Below, one piece after another: positions 8,038 through 18,500 of a stretch of 64,000 bases of DNA; within the stretch, counting starts at the first letter, position 1; each line of letters opens with the position of its first letter. This DNA comes from an uncultured Bacteroidota bacterium (GTDB lineage Bacteria; Bacteroidota; Bacteroidia; Chitinophagales; Chitinophagaceae). The stretch is taken from the NCBI GenBank assembly GCA_963771435.1, contig CAVYTF010000018.1, positions 88,217-152,216 on the forward strand, given 5' to 3'. The position numbers were made by a program, and so were the translations under genes. Below the pieces are notes generated by a model. It did not search any database. It was not told the DNA's origin and worked only from the letters and a program-made list of their open reading frames with translations.

Positions 8038-9539
8038 GCAGCCTCCTGTAGGTTTAAATGCATCTTCCTTCCTGCTTTAACCACTATTTGAATCACTTCT
8101 TCTATGTCTTTTTTTGCGGTGCGGAAGTTTACGATGCAGCAGCGCAGGCAATATTTTTCATTTACCACAGCGTTGGATAAAAATACTTCGCCCCCATGCT
8201 GCAAGGCGTTCAGCAGGGCCTCGTTCAATTTGTTTAAATAGGCTTCATTGTTTTGGCCGCCGTTATTTTCGGGCACATACCTGAACGTGGCGATGCTGAG
8301 GTTTTGGGTAATGGCCTCCAGTTCAGGATGCGCACCCGCCAGTTGAAACAAGAGCTTTGAAAGCGCAATATCGTCCACGATCATTTTTTCATAACCAAGC
8401 CTGCCTACCTGCTGCAGCATCATCCAAACCTTCAGTGCCCTGAAGCCGCGTGAATTCTGAAAGCCGTATTCATAATAATTCACCGTGGCAGGTCCGTCGG
8501 TATTGAAGTTATAATACACCGCATGGGAACTGTAGGCCTCCATCAAATGGTTGGGGTCTTTCACAAGAGTGCATCCGGCTTCCAGCGGGCTGTAGAGCCA
8601 TTTGTGCGGATCAACCGCAATGGAATCCGCAGCTTCAATCCCGGCAAAAAGCGGCTTAAGTTCCGGGATAACAGCGGCAGGTATGCCATAAGCACCATCC
8701 ACATGAAACCAGAGATTATAAGTTTTGCAAATGGCAGCAATGGCTTTAAGATCATCAACAGCACCGGTACTTACATCGCCTGCATTGCCGATAACCATCA
8801 ATGGTTTGCAGCCATTTTGTATATCTTCTTTTATAGTTTGTTCCAGTGCATCATTGTCCATCCTGTTGCGGGCATCGGTCGCTATCCAGCGGATGGATCT
8901 TGTGCCAAGGCCGAACAAAACAACGGCTTTTTCTATCCAGGTATGCGTGGTTTTAGGGCAATAAACAAGTAGTTTCTGGGAGTCATTTGATATGCCATGT
9001 TCCTTTATTGTTTTAGGCGCTTTTACCGTTCTTGCCGCAAGGAAAGCGGTAAAGTTTGCCATGTTGCCGCCACTAACCAATATGCCTCCATAAGAAGTGG
9101 GCACGCCGATAAATTCTGCAAGCCATTTCACGGTTTGTTTTTCAATTTCGGTAGCCATAGGGCTTAAAATATTAGCGCCTACATTGGGGTTAACAGCCGA
9201 AGCTAACAGGTCTGCCAATGCACCAATGGGCGCAGGAGAAGAAGTGATGTAACCAAAGAATTTCGGATGGCCGTTAAAAAGAGAATGATCAAACAACAGG
9301 CTTGTCGCTTTGGCAAATAATTCTTCCGCAGGCGTGCTGTTCTCAGGCAATGATGCATTGCCAAGAATGGTTTGCAACTGCTCGGGGGATTCGCCGGGTG
9401 TGACCGGCCTTTCTTTAATACTGCTTATAAAGTCAGCAATTGAATCTACCAACTGGTGGCCGATCTTTTTAAACTCGTCTTTACTGAGTTCAATAGGTGC
9501 TTCGCGATAATCTGTCATATAACAAGGTTTCTGGTTCAA
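8031..9539 (-). CDS. Pyridoxal-phosphate-dependent (group II, aromatic-L-amino-acid/glutamate-type) decarboxylase
   Basis: 502 aa. Contains SGGNMANF, a DPHKW PLP-lysine motif and HVDGAYG, which is the classic group II decarboxylase layout. Confidence 0.85.
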   Translation of the reverse strand: MNQKPCYMTDYREAPIELSKDEFKKIGHQLVDSIADFISSIKERPVTPGESPEQLQTILGNASLPENSTPAEELFAKATSLLFDHSLFNGHPKFFGYITSSPAPIGALADLLASAVNPNVGANILSPMATEIEKQTVKWLAEFIGVPTSYGGILVSGGNMANFTAFLAARTVKAPKTIKEHGISNDSQKLLVYCPKTTHTWIEKAVVLFGLGTRSIRWIATDARNRMDNDALEQTIKEDIQNGCKPLMVIGNAGDVSTGAVDDLKAIAAICKTYNLWFHVDGAYGIPAAVIPELKPLFAGIEAADSIAVDPHKWLYSPLEAGCTLVKDPNHLMEAYSSHAVYYNFNTDGPATVNYYEYGFQNSRGFRALKVWMMLQQVGRLGYEKMIVDDIALSKLLFQLAGAHPELEAITQNLSIATFRYVPENNGGQNNEAYLNKLNEALLNALQHGGEVFLSNAVVNEKYCLRCCIVNFRTAKKDIEEVIQIVVKAGRKMHLNLQEAAQ

Positions 9540-9574
9540 AAGTAGAAACTTATTATGTACGGAAGTGAATAGTT

Positions 9575-10193
9575 TTATTCGGCTTTTTCTTTGAGCAATT
9601 CTTTTATATCATCCTGCAGTTTTGATAGTTCATTTTTTTTCAACCCATCATAAACCTGTCCGCGTACCTGCCCTTTTTTATCCACCAATGCAAAGAATTG
9701 CGTGTGTAAAAACTGGTCATTGATATTTACAACAGCGTTTTTTGGATCATCAAGTAAATAGCTGTTTCGTGCAGCTTTGTAAAGGCTATCTTTTCTTCCC
9801 GTAAGGAAAACCCATTTGTCGGTATTTACTTTTAATAAGTTGGCATAATGTTTTAAAACAGGAGCGGAGTCTGTTCCCGGAATCAGAGGTGTGGGAAACG
9901 ATGATGAGGTCGGGCTCATCTTTAAAAGCTTCATATATCTTTTTCATGTTGTTGTTCATGCGCGGGCAAATGCCCTTGCAGGTAGTAAAAAAATAATTGA
10001 TCACGCAGACTTTGCCGAGCATATCTTTCTCCGTGAACGGCTTGCCATCCTGTGTAGTAAATGAGAAAGGCTGAACGGTGCTCAGTACGGGGAGTTTTGT
10101 CTTCCAGTTATCTGTACCTGCAAAAACAAAGGCAAGAAAAGAGGCGGTAAGCACGATAAAAAAAATAGAGTACCAAAGCAATTTCTTGTTCAT
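9575..10193 (-). pseudogene. SCO1/SenC copper-chaperone thioredoxin-fold protein, frameshifted as given
   Basis: The N-terminal ORF 9786..10193 carries a TM segment and the CxxxC motif (FTTCKGICP). The C-terminal ORF 9575..9934 continues ...DSAPVLKHYA.... The frames join near 9879-9885; removing 1 nt restores a ~205-aa protein. Confidence 0.8.
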
Positions 10194-10303
10194 CTGAAGT
10201 TTTTCGGTTGCGAAATTACATTAGTTCTTTACAAGGGAAAGCAAATTTAACTGTGCTGTTTTTAATAATAAATTCAATCGCTTACATTTGCAACCCGGTA
10301 AAT

Positions 10304-10385
10304 GCGGAGGTGGCGAAACTGGTAGACGCACTACTTTGAGGTGGTAGCGCCGCGAGGCATGGGAGTTCGAATCTCCTCTTCCGCA
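10304..10385 (+). tRNA. tRNA-Leu (anticodon GAG)
   Basis: Folded by hand. Acceptor stem GCGGAGG/CTTCCGC, anticodon stem CTACT/GGTAG, loop TTGAGGT, long variable arm, T-loop GGGAGTTCGAATCTCCT. Confidence 0.9.
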
Positions 10386-10387
10386 CA

Positions 10388-10420
10388 AGCCTTTTCTCAA
10401 ACAGAAAAGGCTTTTTTTTT
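10388..10420 (+). terminator. Rho-independent terminator after tRNA-Leu
   Basis: AGCCTTTTCT-caaac-AGAAAAGGCT followed by T9. Confidence 0.85.
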
Positions 10421-10456
10421 GCCCTTAAATGCAATAGGTTTGCGCCTAAAAAAATT

Positions 10457-11380
10457 ATGTCTTTATTAGTTGTTGGCTCAATGGCTTTTGATGCTATTGA
10501 AACGCCTTTTGGAAAGTCAGATAAAATTGTGGGCGGCTCGGCCACCTATGTGGCTTATGCTGCCAGTAATTTTGTGAAGCCTGTGCAGCAGGTTTCTATT
10601 GTGGGATATGATTTCCCTCAGGAAGAACTGGATAATTTAAAAAGCCGTGGGGTGGAGCTGGAAGGAGTAGAAATTGTGCGGGATAAAAAGTCTTTTTTCT
10701 GGAGTGGCAAGTATCATTTGGATATGAACACACGGGATACGCTTGTGACCGATTTGAACGTGTTGGCAGATTTTAACCCAATTATTCCCGAATCATACCA
10801 GGGTGCTGAGTTTTTGATGCTTGGAAACCTTGTGCCTGCGATTCAAAGGAGCGTGATACAGCAACTGAAAACAAGGCCAAAACTGATTGTTCTGGACACA
10901 ATGAATTTTTGGATGGAAGTAGCCTTGGACGATTTGAAAGATGTGCTGACAATGATCGATGTGCTGCTCGTGAACGACAGCGAGGCGAGGCAACTGACAG
11001 GCGAGTTTTCAATTGTAAAAGCTGCCAATAAAATATTGACGATGGGGCCTAAATACCTCATCATCAAAAAAGGGGAGCATGGCGCTTTATTGTTTCATGA
11101 AAACAATGTGTTCTTTGCACCGGCCTTGCCGCTGGAAGAAGTGTTTGACCCGACTGGGGCGGGAGATACATTTGCGGGAGGGTTTATAGGGCATTTGGCA
11201 AAGACAAAGGACATTAGTTTTGAGAACATGAAAACGGGGATTATTATCGGTTCTGCGATGGCCAGCTTTTGCGTGGAAAAATTTGGAACGGAGCGCCTGA
11301 AGGAAATAAACAAGGCGGATATTGATGACCGCTTGAAAGAGTTTGTTGATTTGGTTAATTTTGAAATTGATCTGGTATAG
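10457..11380 (+). CDS. PfkB-family carbohydrate kinase
   Basis: 307 aa with the C-terminal DPTGAGDTFAGGF motif of the ribokinase/PfkB family. Confidence 0.85.
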   Translation: MSLLVVGSMAFDAIETPFGKSDKIVGGSATYVAYAASNFVKPVQQVSIVGYDFPQEELDNLKSRGVELEGVEIVRDKKSFFWSGKYHLDMNTRDTLVTDLNVLADFNPIIPESYQGAEFLMLGNLVPAIQRSVIQQLKTRPKLIVLDTMNFWMEVALDDLKDVLTMIDVLLVNDSEARQLTGEFSIVKAANKILTMGPKYLIIKKGEHGALLFHENNVFFAPALPLEEVFDPTGAGDTFAGGFIGHLAKTKDISFENMKTGIIIGSAMASFCVEKFGTERLKEINKADIDDRLKEFVDLVNFEIDLV

Positions 11381-11463
11381 CTTTTCTATAACAATAAAAC
11401 GTTCATCAAAAAAACTTTACAAGTCTGTAAAATTTTTTTACTTTCACCACTTAAAAATATATA

Positions 11464-13497
11464 ATGAAACAAAAACTGCTTGCATTGTCTGTCTTGCTGT
11501 CCTTTGCGGGAATATACTCCTGCAAAACGGGTAGCTCGGACAACTCTGAACAAAAATTTATTACTACCGCCAACATGGATTCCTCTGTGAAACCCGGCGA
11601 TGATTTCTTCATGTATGTGAACGGGAAATGGATAAAAAATGCCTTGATCCCGCCAACGGAAAGCGGCGTAGGCTCGTTCCTTGATGTGTATAACGTGACC
11701 AAAGGCCATGTGCACAGCATTCTTGACAGCGTTGCGAAAGGGGGCTTTGAAAAAGGCAGCATTGCACAGAAGGTTGGCGATTTCTATGCATCCGCAATGG
11801 ACTCGGCCGCTATCGAAAAACTTGGTTATGATCCAATAAAACCTCGTTTGCAACAGATCGCGGCATTTACGGACGCAAAAAGCGTTTTAGCATTTGAAGG
11901 GCAGATGCAAACTACCGGTTACCAATATATTGTTGCCTCTGGTATAGGTTCCGACCAGAAGAACAGCAATATGAACATTCTGAATACAGGGCAAGCAGGG
12001 CTTGGTTTGCCTGACAGGGATTATTATTTCAGGACAGACCCTGCAACCGTGGGCATACAGAACGCTTACAAGGCTTACATGAAAAAAACATTTATGATGC
12101 TTGGCGATGATTCTGTAACAGCAGCCAAAAAAGTTGCTGTTGTATATGCACTTGAAACGGAGATAGCAAAAAGCCACCGCACCAATGTTGAGCTTCGTGA
12201 CCCGCAGAGCAATTACAATAAAATGGCTGTTGCCGATATGGACAAAAAAGAACCAAATATTGCCTGGCCTGCACTTTTGAACGAAATGGGCATGAAGGCT
12301 GATTCGGTAAATGTGGGCCAACCTGCTTATTACACGAAATTAAACACATTGCTGAAGACAACACCCATCGATACATGGAAAGCCTATTATGAATTTCATG
12401 TAACGGATGACGCGGCACCAGCCTTAAGCAGTGCCTTCGTAAAAGCTCGTTTCGATTATCAGAAACTCCTGAGCGGACAAAAGGAAATGAGACCCCGTTG
12501 GGAAAGAATGTACCATGCAACGGATGCCAGCCTTGGCGACGCACTTGGTGAATTATATGTGAAAAGATATTTTACTGATGATGCAAAAAAGAGAATGCTT
12601 GACCTTGTGAATAACCTGCAAAAAGCTTTTGAAGCAAGGATAAACAAAGTGGACTGGATGAGCGACAGCACTAAAAAGGTGGCAATTGACAAATTGCACG
12701 GCTTCATTAAAAAGATAGGCTACACCGACAAATGGAGAGATTACAGCAAAGTTACAATCGATAAAAACTCTTATTTCGACAACATCGTCTCCTGCAATAA
12801 AAATGATTACCAGTATCAGTTAAGCAAACTCGGTAAACCTGTTGACAAAACAGAATGGGGCATGACACCTCCAACCATCAACGCTTATTACAATCCTTCT
12901 TTTAATGAAATAGTTTTCCCTGCTGGCATTCTGCAGTTTCCTTTCTTCGACCCCAACGCAGATGATGCTATCAACTACGGCGGCATTGGCATGGTGATAG
13001 GCCATGAAATGACACACGGCTTTGACGACCAGGGTAGCCAATATGATAAAGAAGGTAACCTAAAGAATTGGTGGAGCCATAACGACAGCCTGCAATTCGT
13101 TCAGCGTACTAAAAAGATAATTAACCAGTTTAACGGCTATACCATGCTGGACACAATGCACATCAACGGCGCATTGACCACAGGAGAAAACAGCGCAGAC
13201 CTTGGCGGTATCAACATTGCATATGATGCCTTCAAAATGACCAAAGAAGGCCAGGATACTACAAAAATCGATGGCTTCACGCCGGACCAGCGTTTCTTTA
13301 TTTCCTTCGCACAAGCATGGAGAACCAAACAAACGGATGAAAGCATTCGGTCACAAATGAATCAGGATCCACACTCACCGCCAATTTATCGCGTGAACGG
13401 CCCGCTTTCAAACTGTGACGCATTCTACACTGCATTCAATGTGCAGCCCGGCGATAAAATGTACAAGCCCGAGAGTGAAAGAGTAAAAATTTGGTAA
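11464..13497 (+). CDS. M13-family zinc metallopeptidase (PepO/endothelin-converting-enzyme-like), lipoprotein
   Basis: 677 aa with leader ...LLSFAGIYSC. Contains the HEMTHGFD zinc motif and NAYY, and the C-terminus ERVKIW is typical of M13. Confidence 0.9.
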   Translation: MKQKLLALSVLLSFAGIYSCKTGSSDNSEQKFITTANMDSSVKPGDDFFMYVNGKWIKNALIPPTESGVGSFLDVYNVTKGHVHSILDSVAKGGFEKGSIAQKVGDFYASAMDSAAIEKLGYDPIKPRLQQIAAFTDAKSVLAFEGQMQTTGYQYIVASGIGSDQKNSNMNILNTGQAGLGLPDRDYYFRTDPATVGIQNAYKAYMKKTFMMLGDDSVTAAKKVAVVYALETEIAKSHRTNVELRDPQSNYNKMAVADMDKKEPNIAWPALLNEMGMKADSVNVGQPAYYTKLNTLLKTTPIDTWKAYYEFHVTDDAAPALSSAFVKARFDYQKLLSGQKEMRPRWERMYHATDASLGDALGELYVKRYFTDDAKKRMLDLVNNLQKAFEARINKVDWMSDSTKKVAIDKLHGFIKKIGYTDKWRDYSKVTIDKNSYFDNIVSCNKNDYQYQLSKLGKPVDKTEWGMTPPTINAYYNPSFNEIVFPAGILQFPFFDPNADDAINYGGIGMVIGHEMTHGFDDQGSQYDKEGNLKNWWSHNDSLQFVQRTKKIINQFNGYTMLDTMHINGALTTGENSADLGGINIAYDAFKMTKEGQDTTKIDGFTPDQRFFISFAQAWRTKQTDESIRSQMNQDPHSPPIYRVNGPLSNCDAFYTAFNVQPGDKMYKPESERVKIW

Positions 13498-13524
13498 GAA
13501 TTTATAATTAATAATTTATAATTA

Positions 13525-13564
13525 AAAGAGGAAGCCTTCACACAATGTGAAGGCTTCCTCTTTT
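13525..13564. terminator. Bidirectional hairpin terminator between convergent genes
   Basis: AAAGAGGAAGCCTTCACA-ca-TGTGAAGGCTTCCTCTTTT, a perfect ~16-bp stem with A/T runs on both sides. Confidence 0.85.
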
Positions 13565-13576
13565 ATACGTTCATTC

Positions 13577-15073
13577 TCAAACTCCTAAACTCCACCCATC
13601 GCGGTAAGTGCGCTTTACAAACTGGTTCGCATCATCAAAATTGGTGATCTTCATATTATCCCCATCCCACAACAGTTCAATATATCTCCCGGGGTAATCA
13701 TACGCATCCCTTCTTCCACCTCTTGTCGAATCACCTGTAGTTGGTTTCAATTTTCTTATATCATAGCTGCGGATGGCAAGGTTGCCCATCAGTACACTTT
13801 CTGTCAACGGCCCTGCCACATCAAAGCGCGAGCTCAGCGCATTTGCTTTGCTGCTGCCGTAACCCGCCATTGATGCCTCTATCCAGGAAGTATAGTGCCC
13901 GTCCATCTCTCCGGGGACGCGCTCAATAGTCTGCGGCACCTTAGTAACAGCCGTCTTTGCAGTCGGCAGCAGTTGTGGGTTTAAGCCATAAGTAGAGCAC
14001 ATCATTTTGCCTTTTGTACCTTCAAAGATCACCCCGTTGCCGCCATCACCCATTTTTTCATCAGGCAATAGTTCCTCCGGTCTCCCCGGCTGGATACCCC
14101 CATCCATCCAATGCAGTTTTATATCCGAGTGTCCTGCCTTCTTTCCTTTAAAGGTCAAAATAATATGCGACGAGGTAGGCCCGCTTTCAGGGTCGTAAGC
14201 CTTATGCCATGGCGAGTCATAATGCGTCGCCACACTACATTCCGCACTCTTAGGGTAACACAGTTCCAGCACCTGGAAAGGCTCTGCCATCAGGTGGCAG
14301 GCCATGTCCCCAAGCGCTCCCGTACCATAGTCCCACCAGCCGCGCCAGTTAAACGGTAGAAGCCCGTCAAAATAATTTTTCTTCGGTGCAGTGCCCAGCC
14401 ACAGGTCATAATCAAGTTCCGGTGGTATCGCAGCTTGCACCACCGGCCGCTCAACACCCTGCGGCCACACAGGCCTGTCAGTAAAGCAATATACCGTATG
14501 CACTTCCCCAATCACCCCCGCCCTATACCAGTCTATCAGTTGGCGCACCCCGTCGCCGCTCGCCCCCTGGTTGCCCATTTGCGTCACCACTTTATAGCGG
14601 TGTGCCGCCTGCGTCAGCATCCGCGCCTCATAAATATCATGCGTCAGCGGTTTTTGCACATACACATGCTTCCCAAGCTGCATCGCCGCCATCGCCGCCA
14701 CCGCGTGCGTATGGTCAGGCGTCCCCACAGAAACCGCATCAATTGACTTGCCCTCCTTATCCAGCATCTCCCTGAAATCCTTATAATATTTCACCTTCCC
14801 CAGCAGCTGCTGCGTTTTCACCACCTGCCGGTCATCCACATCGCAGATAGCAGCAAAATTCGCCTTCCCGCTGTTAAAAAAATGTTTGATATCGTCCCCG
14901 CCCTTTCCCCCCGCGCCGATGGATGCGATAACCAGTTTATCACTCGGCGCCGTAAAACCCCTGCCCAACACATGTCGCGGGATAATATAAAAGCCAACAG
15001 AACTTATCGCCGCATTTCTAATAAAGTGCCGGCGCGAATTTGTTTCTTGTAGTTCAGGATTATTTTCAGGCAT
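13577..15073 (-). CDS. Gfo/Idh/MocA-family oxidoreductase with twin-arginine signal
   Basis: 498 aa. Contains a Tat-like SRRHFIRNAAISSVG and a Rossmann segment IASIGAGGKGGDD. Confidence 0.8.
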   Translation of the reverse strand: MPENNPELQETNSRRHFIRNAAISSVGFYIIPRHVLGRGFTAPSDKLVIASIGAGGKGGDDIKHFFNSGKANFAAICDVDDRQVVKTQQLLGKVKYYKDFREMLDKEGKSIDAVSVGTPDHTHAVAAMAAMQLGKHVYVQKPLTHDIYEARMLTQAAHRYKVVTQMGNQGASGDGVRQLIDWYRAGVIGEVHTVYCFTDRPVWPQGVERPVVQAAIPPELDYDLWLGTAPKKNYFDGLLPFNWRGWWDYGTGALGDMACHLMAEPFQVLELCYPKSAECSVATHYDSPWHKAYDPESGPTSSHIILTFKGKKAGHSDIKLHWMDGGIQPGRPEELLPDEKMGDGGNGVIFEGTKGKMMCSTYGLNPQLLPTAKTAVTKVPQTIERVPGEMDGHYTSWIEASMAGYGSSKANALSSRFDVAGPLTESVLMGNLAIRSYDIRKLKPTTGDSTRGGRRDAYDYPGRYIELLWDGDNMKITNFDDANQFVKRTYRDGWSLGV

Positions 15074-15507
15074 AATGCAATTTTTAGATTGTAATAATAC
15101 AAATTATTTTTAAACCAGCGTTGGTTTATCAAGTTTTTTCAGCCCTAATACCCCAAATTTTCGGTAAAGACTCAAGAACACAACGAATGCAAAAGATTTT
15201 TGGGAACCCAATTTGCGCGTAGGAAAAAGCTTATGATAGATTATTTTTTTGATTAAGTCCTATTCATGGACTATTCTTATCAGCTATTCTTTGACCATTT
15301 CTTAATTGGTTGGGGTTGTTTTTCTACACTTCTATATATTTATCCTAAATTGCTGTCCAAAAAAAGTAGGAATCGCGTAATGGTTAATAATAGTTGATTT
15401 TTTGATTTAAAAAATCCCTTCGGTATCTTTTTTGCCTTTTACGTCTACCACTAATGCATTCATGTTTCATTTTCCAATAAAAAGAATCTTAAATAAAAAT
15501 CGAAAGG

Positions 15508-16971
15508 ATGAAGAAAATACTTGTTGTTGATGATGACCGGGATATGTGTCTTTTATTGAACCGTTTTTTAACCCGTAAAGGTTATTCAGTAACTGAAATG
15601 TATGGCGGCAAAAAGGCCCTGGATCATATAGGATCTGAAAAACCTGATTTAATAATCAGTGATTTTCGTTTGGAAGATATGGATGGAATTGCCCTGCTCA
15701 CTAAAGTAAGGGCTACAGACCCTTCCATCCCTTTTATAATTATTACAGGGTATAGCGATATTAAAACTTCTGTAAATGCTATAAAGTTGGGGGCCTTCGA
15801 TTATGTGACCAAACCTCTTTTGCCCGATGAGATCTTAATAACTATACAACAAGCGTTGGCAGAACCTCCTAAAGTTGCAGTTGAAAATAAGGCACTCAAC
15901 AATCATACTCTCAAAACCAAAAAAAATGAGGCTGGCAATATTACCTATTCAGGCTCTTATATTTTTGGGGATTCTGAATCTTTCAAAAAGATCATGACGC
16001 AGGTTGATCTTGTTGCGCCAACTAATTATAGTGTCATCATTTATGGCGAAAGCGGCAGCGGCAAAGAGGCCATTGCACAGGAAGTTCATAAGCGCAGCAA
16101 ACGCAGCAATAAGCCGTTTGTGGCAATTGATTGCGGGGCCCTCTCAAAAGAGCTGGCAGCCAGTGAGTTTTTTGGCCATGAAAAGGGTTCTTTTACAGGA
16201 GCCATCAACCAGAAAATAGGAAGCTTTGAGCTTGCCAACGGGGGTACTGTTTTTCTTGACGAAGTGGCTAATCTCTCTTATGAGATACAGGTTTCCTTGT
16301 TGCGTGTGGTTCAGGAAAGGAAGATGCGCAGGATCGGCGGCCTGAAAGACATAGAACTTGATGTTCGCATCCTTATTGCAAGCAATGAAAAGCTCTGGGA
16401 CGCCGCGCGCAACGGTAAGTTCAGGGAAGATCTTTATCACCGGTTTAATGAGTTTAATATCGACATGCCCCCTTTGCGCCAGCGCAAGGATGATATAATG
16501 ACCTTTGCGGGTCATTTTTTAAGGCTTGCCAACGAGGAGTTAGGAAAAAACATTGCAGGCTTTGCGCCGGAGGTAGAGATGATATTTAAGAACTATATTT
16601 GGTATGGAAACCTTCGGGAACTTAAAAATGTGATCAAAAAAGCGGCGCTTCTTACCGAATCAGGCAGTGTGGAAGCCAGCGCTCTTCCGTTCGAGATATC
16701 TAATTACAGCAAGCTTCAGTTTTCAGAGCCTAACTCCTCCAATGCGAGCGCTCCAGTTGCCCAGAAACAGGAGGATATTACCCCAAAAAAGACCTCAACT
16801 CCTGATAATACCACATTAAAAGAGGTGAGCATTGATGCGGAATATGAACTTATTCTTAAAGCGCTTAAACAGGCCAATTATAACAAGAGCAAGGCCGCAA
16901 AGATCCTGCAAATAGACCGAAAAACCCTCTACAATAAAATGAGCCAGTACCAGGAGTTGAAAGAGATGTGA
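15508..16971 (+). CDS. Sigma-54-dependent response regulator (NtrC family)
   Basis: Receiver domain (DDDRDM...GAFDYVTKP), AAA+ sigma-54 activator domain (GESGSGKE, ESEFFGHEKGSFTGA) and a C-terminal Fis-type HTH (AAKILQIDRKTLYNKM). Confidence 0.9.
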   Translation: MKKILVVDDDRDMCLLLNRFLTRKGYSVTEMYGGKKALDHIGSEKPDLIISDFRLEDMDGIALLTKVRATDPSIPFIIITGYSDIKTSVNAIKLGAFDYVTKPLLPDEILITIQQALAEPPKVAVENKALNNHTLKTKKNEAGNITYSGSYIFGDSESFKKIMTQVDLVAPTNYSVIIYGESGSGKEAIAQEVHKRSKRSNKPFVAIDCGALSKELAASEFFGHEKGSFTGAINQKIGSFELANGGTVFLDEVANLSYEIQVSLLRVVQERKMRRIGGLKDIELDVRILIASNEKLWDAARNGKFREDLYHRFNEFNIDMPPLRQRKDDIMTFAGHFLRLANEELGKNIAGFAPEVEMIFKNYIWYGNLRELKNVIKKAALLTESGSVEASALPFEISNYSKLQFSEPNSSNASAPVAQKQEDITPKKTSTPDNTTLKEVSIDAEYELILKALKQANYNKSKAAKILQIDRKTLYNKMSQYQELKEM

Positions 16972-17016
16972 ACATGGCCCGGTACTTTCTTTGTACGTTA
17001 ACATTAATTGCTCAAA

Positions 17017-18462
17017 ATGAATGAAACCTCGCTAAATCCTGTTCGCATCCTTATCATTGATGATGATGAGGAAGACTTTTTTATCACCAGCGAATACATT
17101 AAAAACATTGACCAAGGGCATAAATTTATAGTCGAGTGGTGTTCGGAATATAAGGAGGCCCTTCATCTTATTTGTAAAGCTGCTCATCATATTTACTTTG
17201 TTGATTATCGCCTCGGCCCAAAAACCGGCCTTGACCTGATCTCTGACGCTGTAAAGAACAATTGCAACGAACCCTTTATACTTCTTACCGGCAAGGGGAG
17301 CAAGGAAATTGATATTAAAACAATGCAGGCAGGGGCGGTAGATTACCTGGTAAAAACTGAACTGAACACTGAAAAACTTGAACGGTGCATCCGTTACGCC
17401 CTTGAAAGGCACCGGTTCCTGCTGGCGCTAAAGGCCAATGAACAAAAGTTTCGCAATATTTTTGAAAGGTCGAAGGACGCTGTTTTTATAACTGATGAAA
17501 ACCTTGTGTTCAAAGATGTGAACGAGGCTACATGCAGGCTGCTTCAGTCAAGCAAAGACGAACTGCTGCAAACAAGCTTGTATGATATGCTTGCAGATGA
17601 GGAGGATCATGCATTAATTGAGCGGTCTTTGGCAGAAAAAGGGGAGGTTGACGATATAGAAGTGGAGTTTTTAACCAAAGACAAGGACAATATTGGCATA
17701 TTGACCATCACGCGGCAAGCAGATCCGGGCAGAGAGGTATTCATGCAGGGCATCATTCACGACATCACCCATCTTAAAAAAGCAGAACGCGCCACGCTGC
17801 AGGCCGAAAAGCTAAAAGCTGCCGGGCGCTTTGTGCAAACCCTTGCCCACGAGGTGCGCAACCCGCTGAACAACATCAATCTTGCCCTGGAACAGTTAAA
17901 TGCAGAAATAAAAGACGAAAACAGCGAAGTATTTTTGGAAATAATAACACGCAACAGCAACCGCATCTCCTCTTTAATTACCGAGCTGCTCAATACCAGC
18001 CGCCCCATAGACACGATGCTGGAAAAAACCTCTTTGCAAAACGTGCTGCAGCAGAGCGTCACGACTGCTATGGACAGGATAACGCTGAACCGGATCCACC
18101 TGCAAACGCATTACGGCAACGACGTGGCATATATAATGGGTGACATTTCCAAACTCAAGATCGCATTTTTAAATATCATCATCAACGCAATAGAAGCCAT
18201 GGAGCCGGACACAGGAATTTTAGCTATTAGCATTGAATCAGATGCACTTCAGCATAAAGTATTACTAAGCGATAACGGTATCGGCATAAGCGAAGAAAAC
18301 CTGACGCACCTTTTTGAACCTTATTTCACCTCAAAGAGAAACGGCATGGGCCTTGGCCTTGCCTCCACCCTAAACATCCTGCAGTCCCATAAAGCCTTGG
18401 TGGAAGTAGATTCCAAAGCGGGAAAAGGGACTACTTTTACTATTTTGTTTCAAAAAGCATAA
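17017..18462 (+). CDS. Hybrid sensor: N-terminal receiver + PAS + histidine kinase (no TM segment)
   Basis: Receiver domain (ILIIDDDEEDF...), PAS domain, H-box LAHEVRNPLNNI, and N/G boxes (DNGIGI, GMGLGL). The ORF is open from TTG 17008, with ATG at 17017. Confidence 0.85.
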   Translation: MNETSLNPVRILIIDDDEEDFFITSEYIKNIDQGHKFIVEWCSEYKEALHLICKAAHHIYFVDYRLGPKTGLDLISDAVKNNCNEPFILLTGKGSKEIDIKTMQAGAVDYLVKTELNTEKLERCIRYALERHRFLLALKANEQKFRNIFERSKDAVFITDENLVFKDVNEATCRLLQSSKDELLQTSLYDMLADEEDHALIERSLAEKGEVDDIEVEFLTKDKDNIGILTITRQADPGREVFMQGIIHDITHLKKAERATLQAEKLKAAGRFVQTLAHEVRNPLNNINLALEQLNAEIKDENSEVFLEIITRNSNRISSLITELLNTSRPIDTMLEKTSLQNVLQQSVTTAMDRITLNRIHLQTHYGNDVAYIMGDISKLKIAFLNIIINAIEAMEPDTGILAISIESDALQHKVLLSDNGIGISEENLTHLFEPYFTSKRNGMGLGLASTLNILQSHKALVEVDSKAGKGTTFTILFQKA

Positions 18463-18500
18463 TACAAAATGGCTTGATCTCATATAAAAGCCTGAAAAAT

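Noticed and set aside
8523-8972. Plus-strand ORFs (149 aa and 79 aa) inside the decarboxylase gene, and similar antisense ORFs inside the M13 peptidase, Gfo/Idh/MocA, ppc, acs and atpB genes.
   Set aside because: All are nested antisense or out of frame within long ORFs that carry diagnostic motifs, and none has an independent signature.
10282-10545. An 87-aa minus-strand ORF overlapping tRNA-Leu and the PfkB start.
   Set aside because: It overlaps a well-folded tRNA and its terminator on the opposite strand, so it is spurious.
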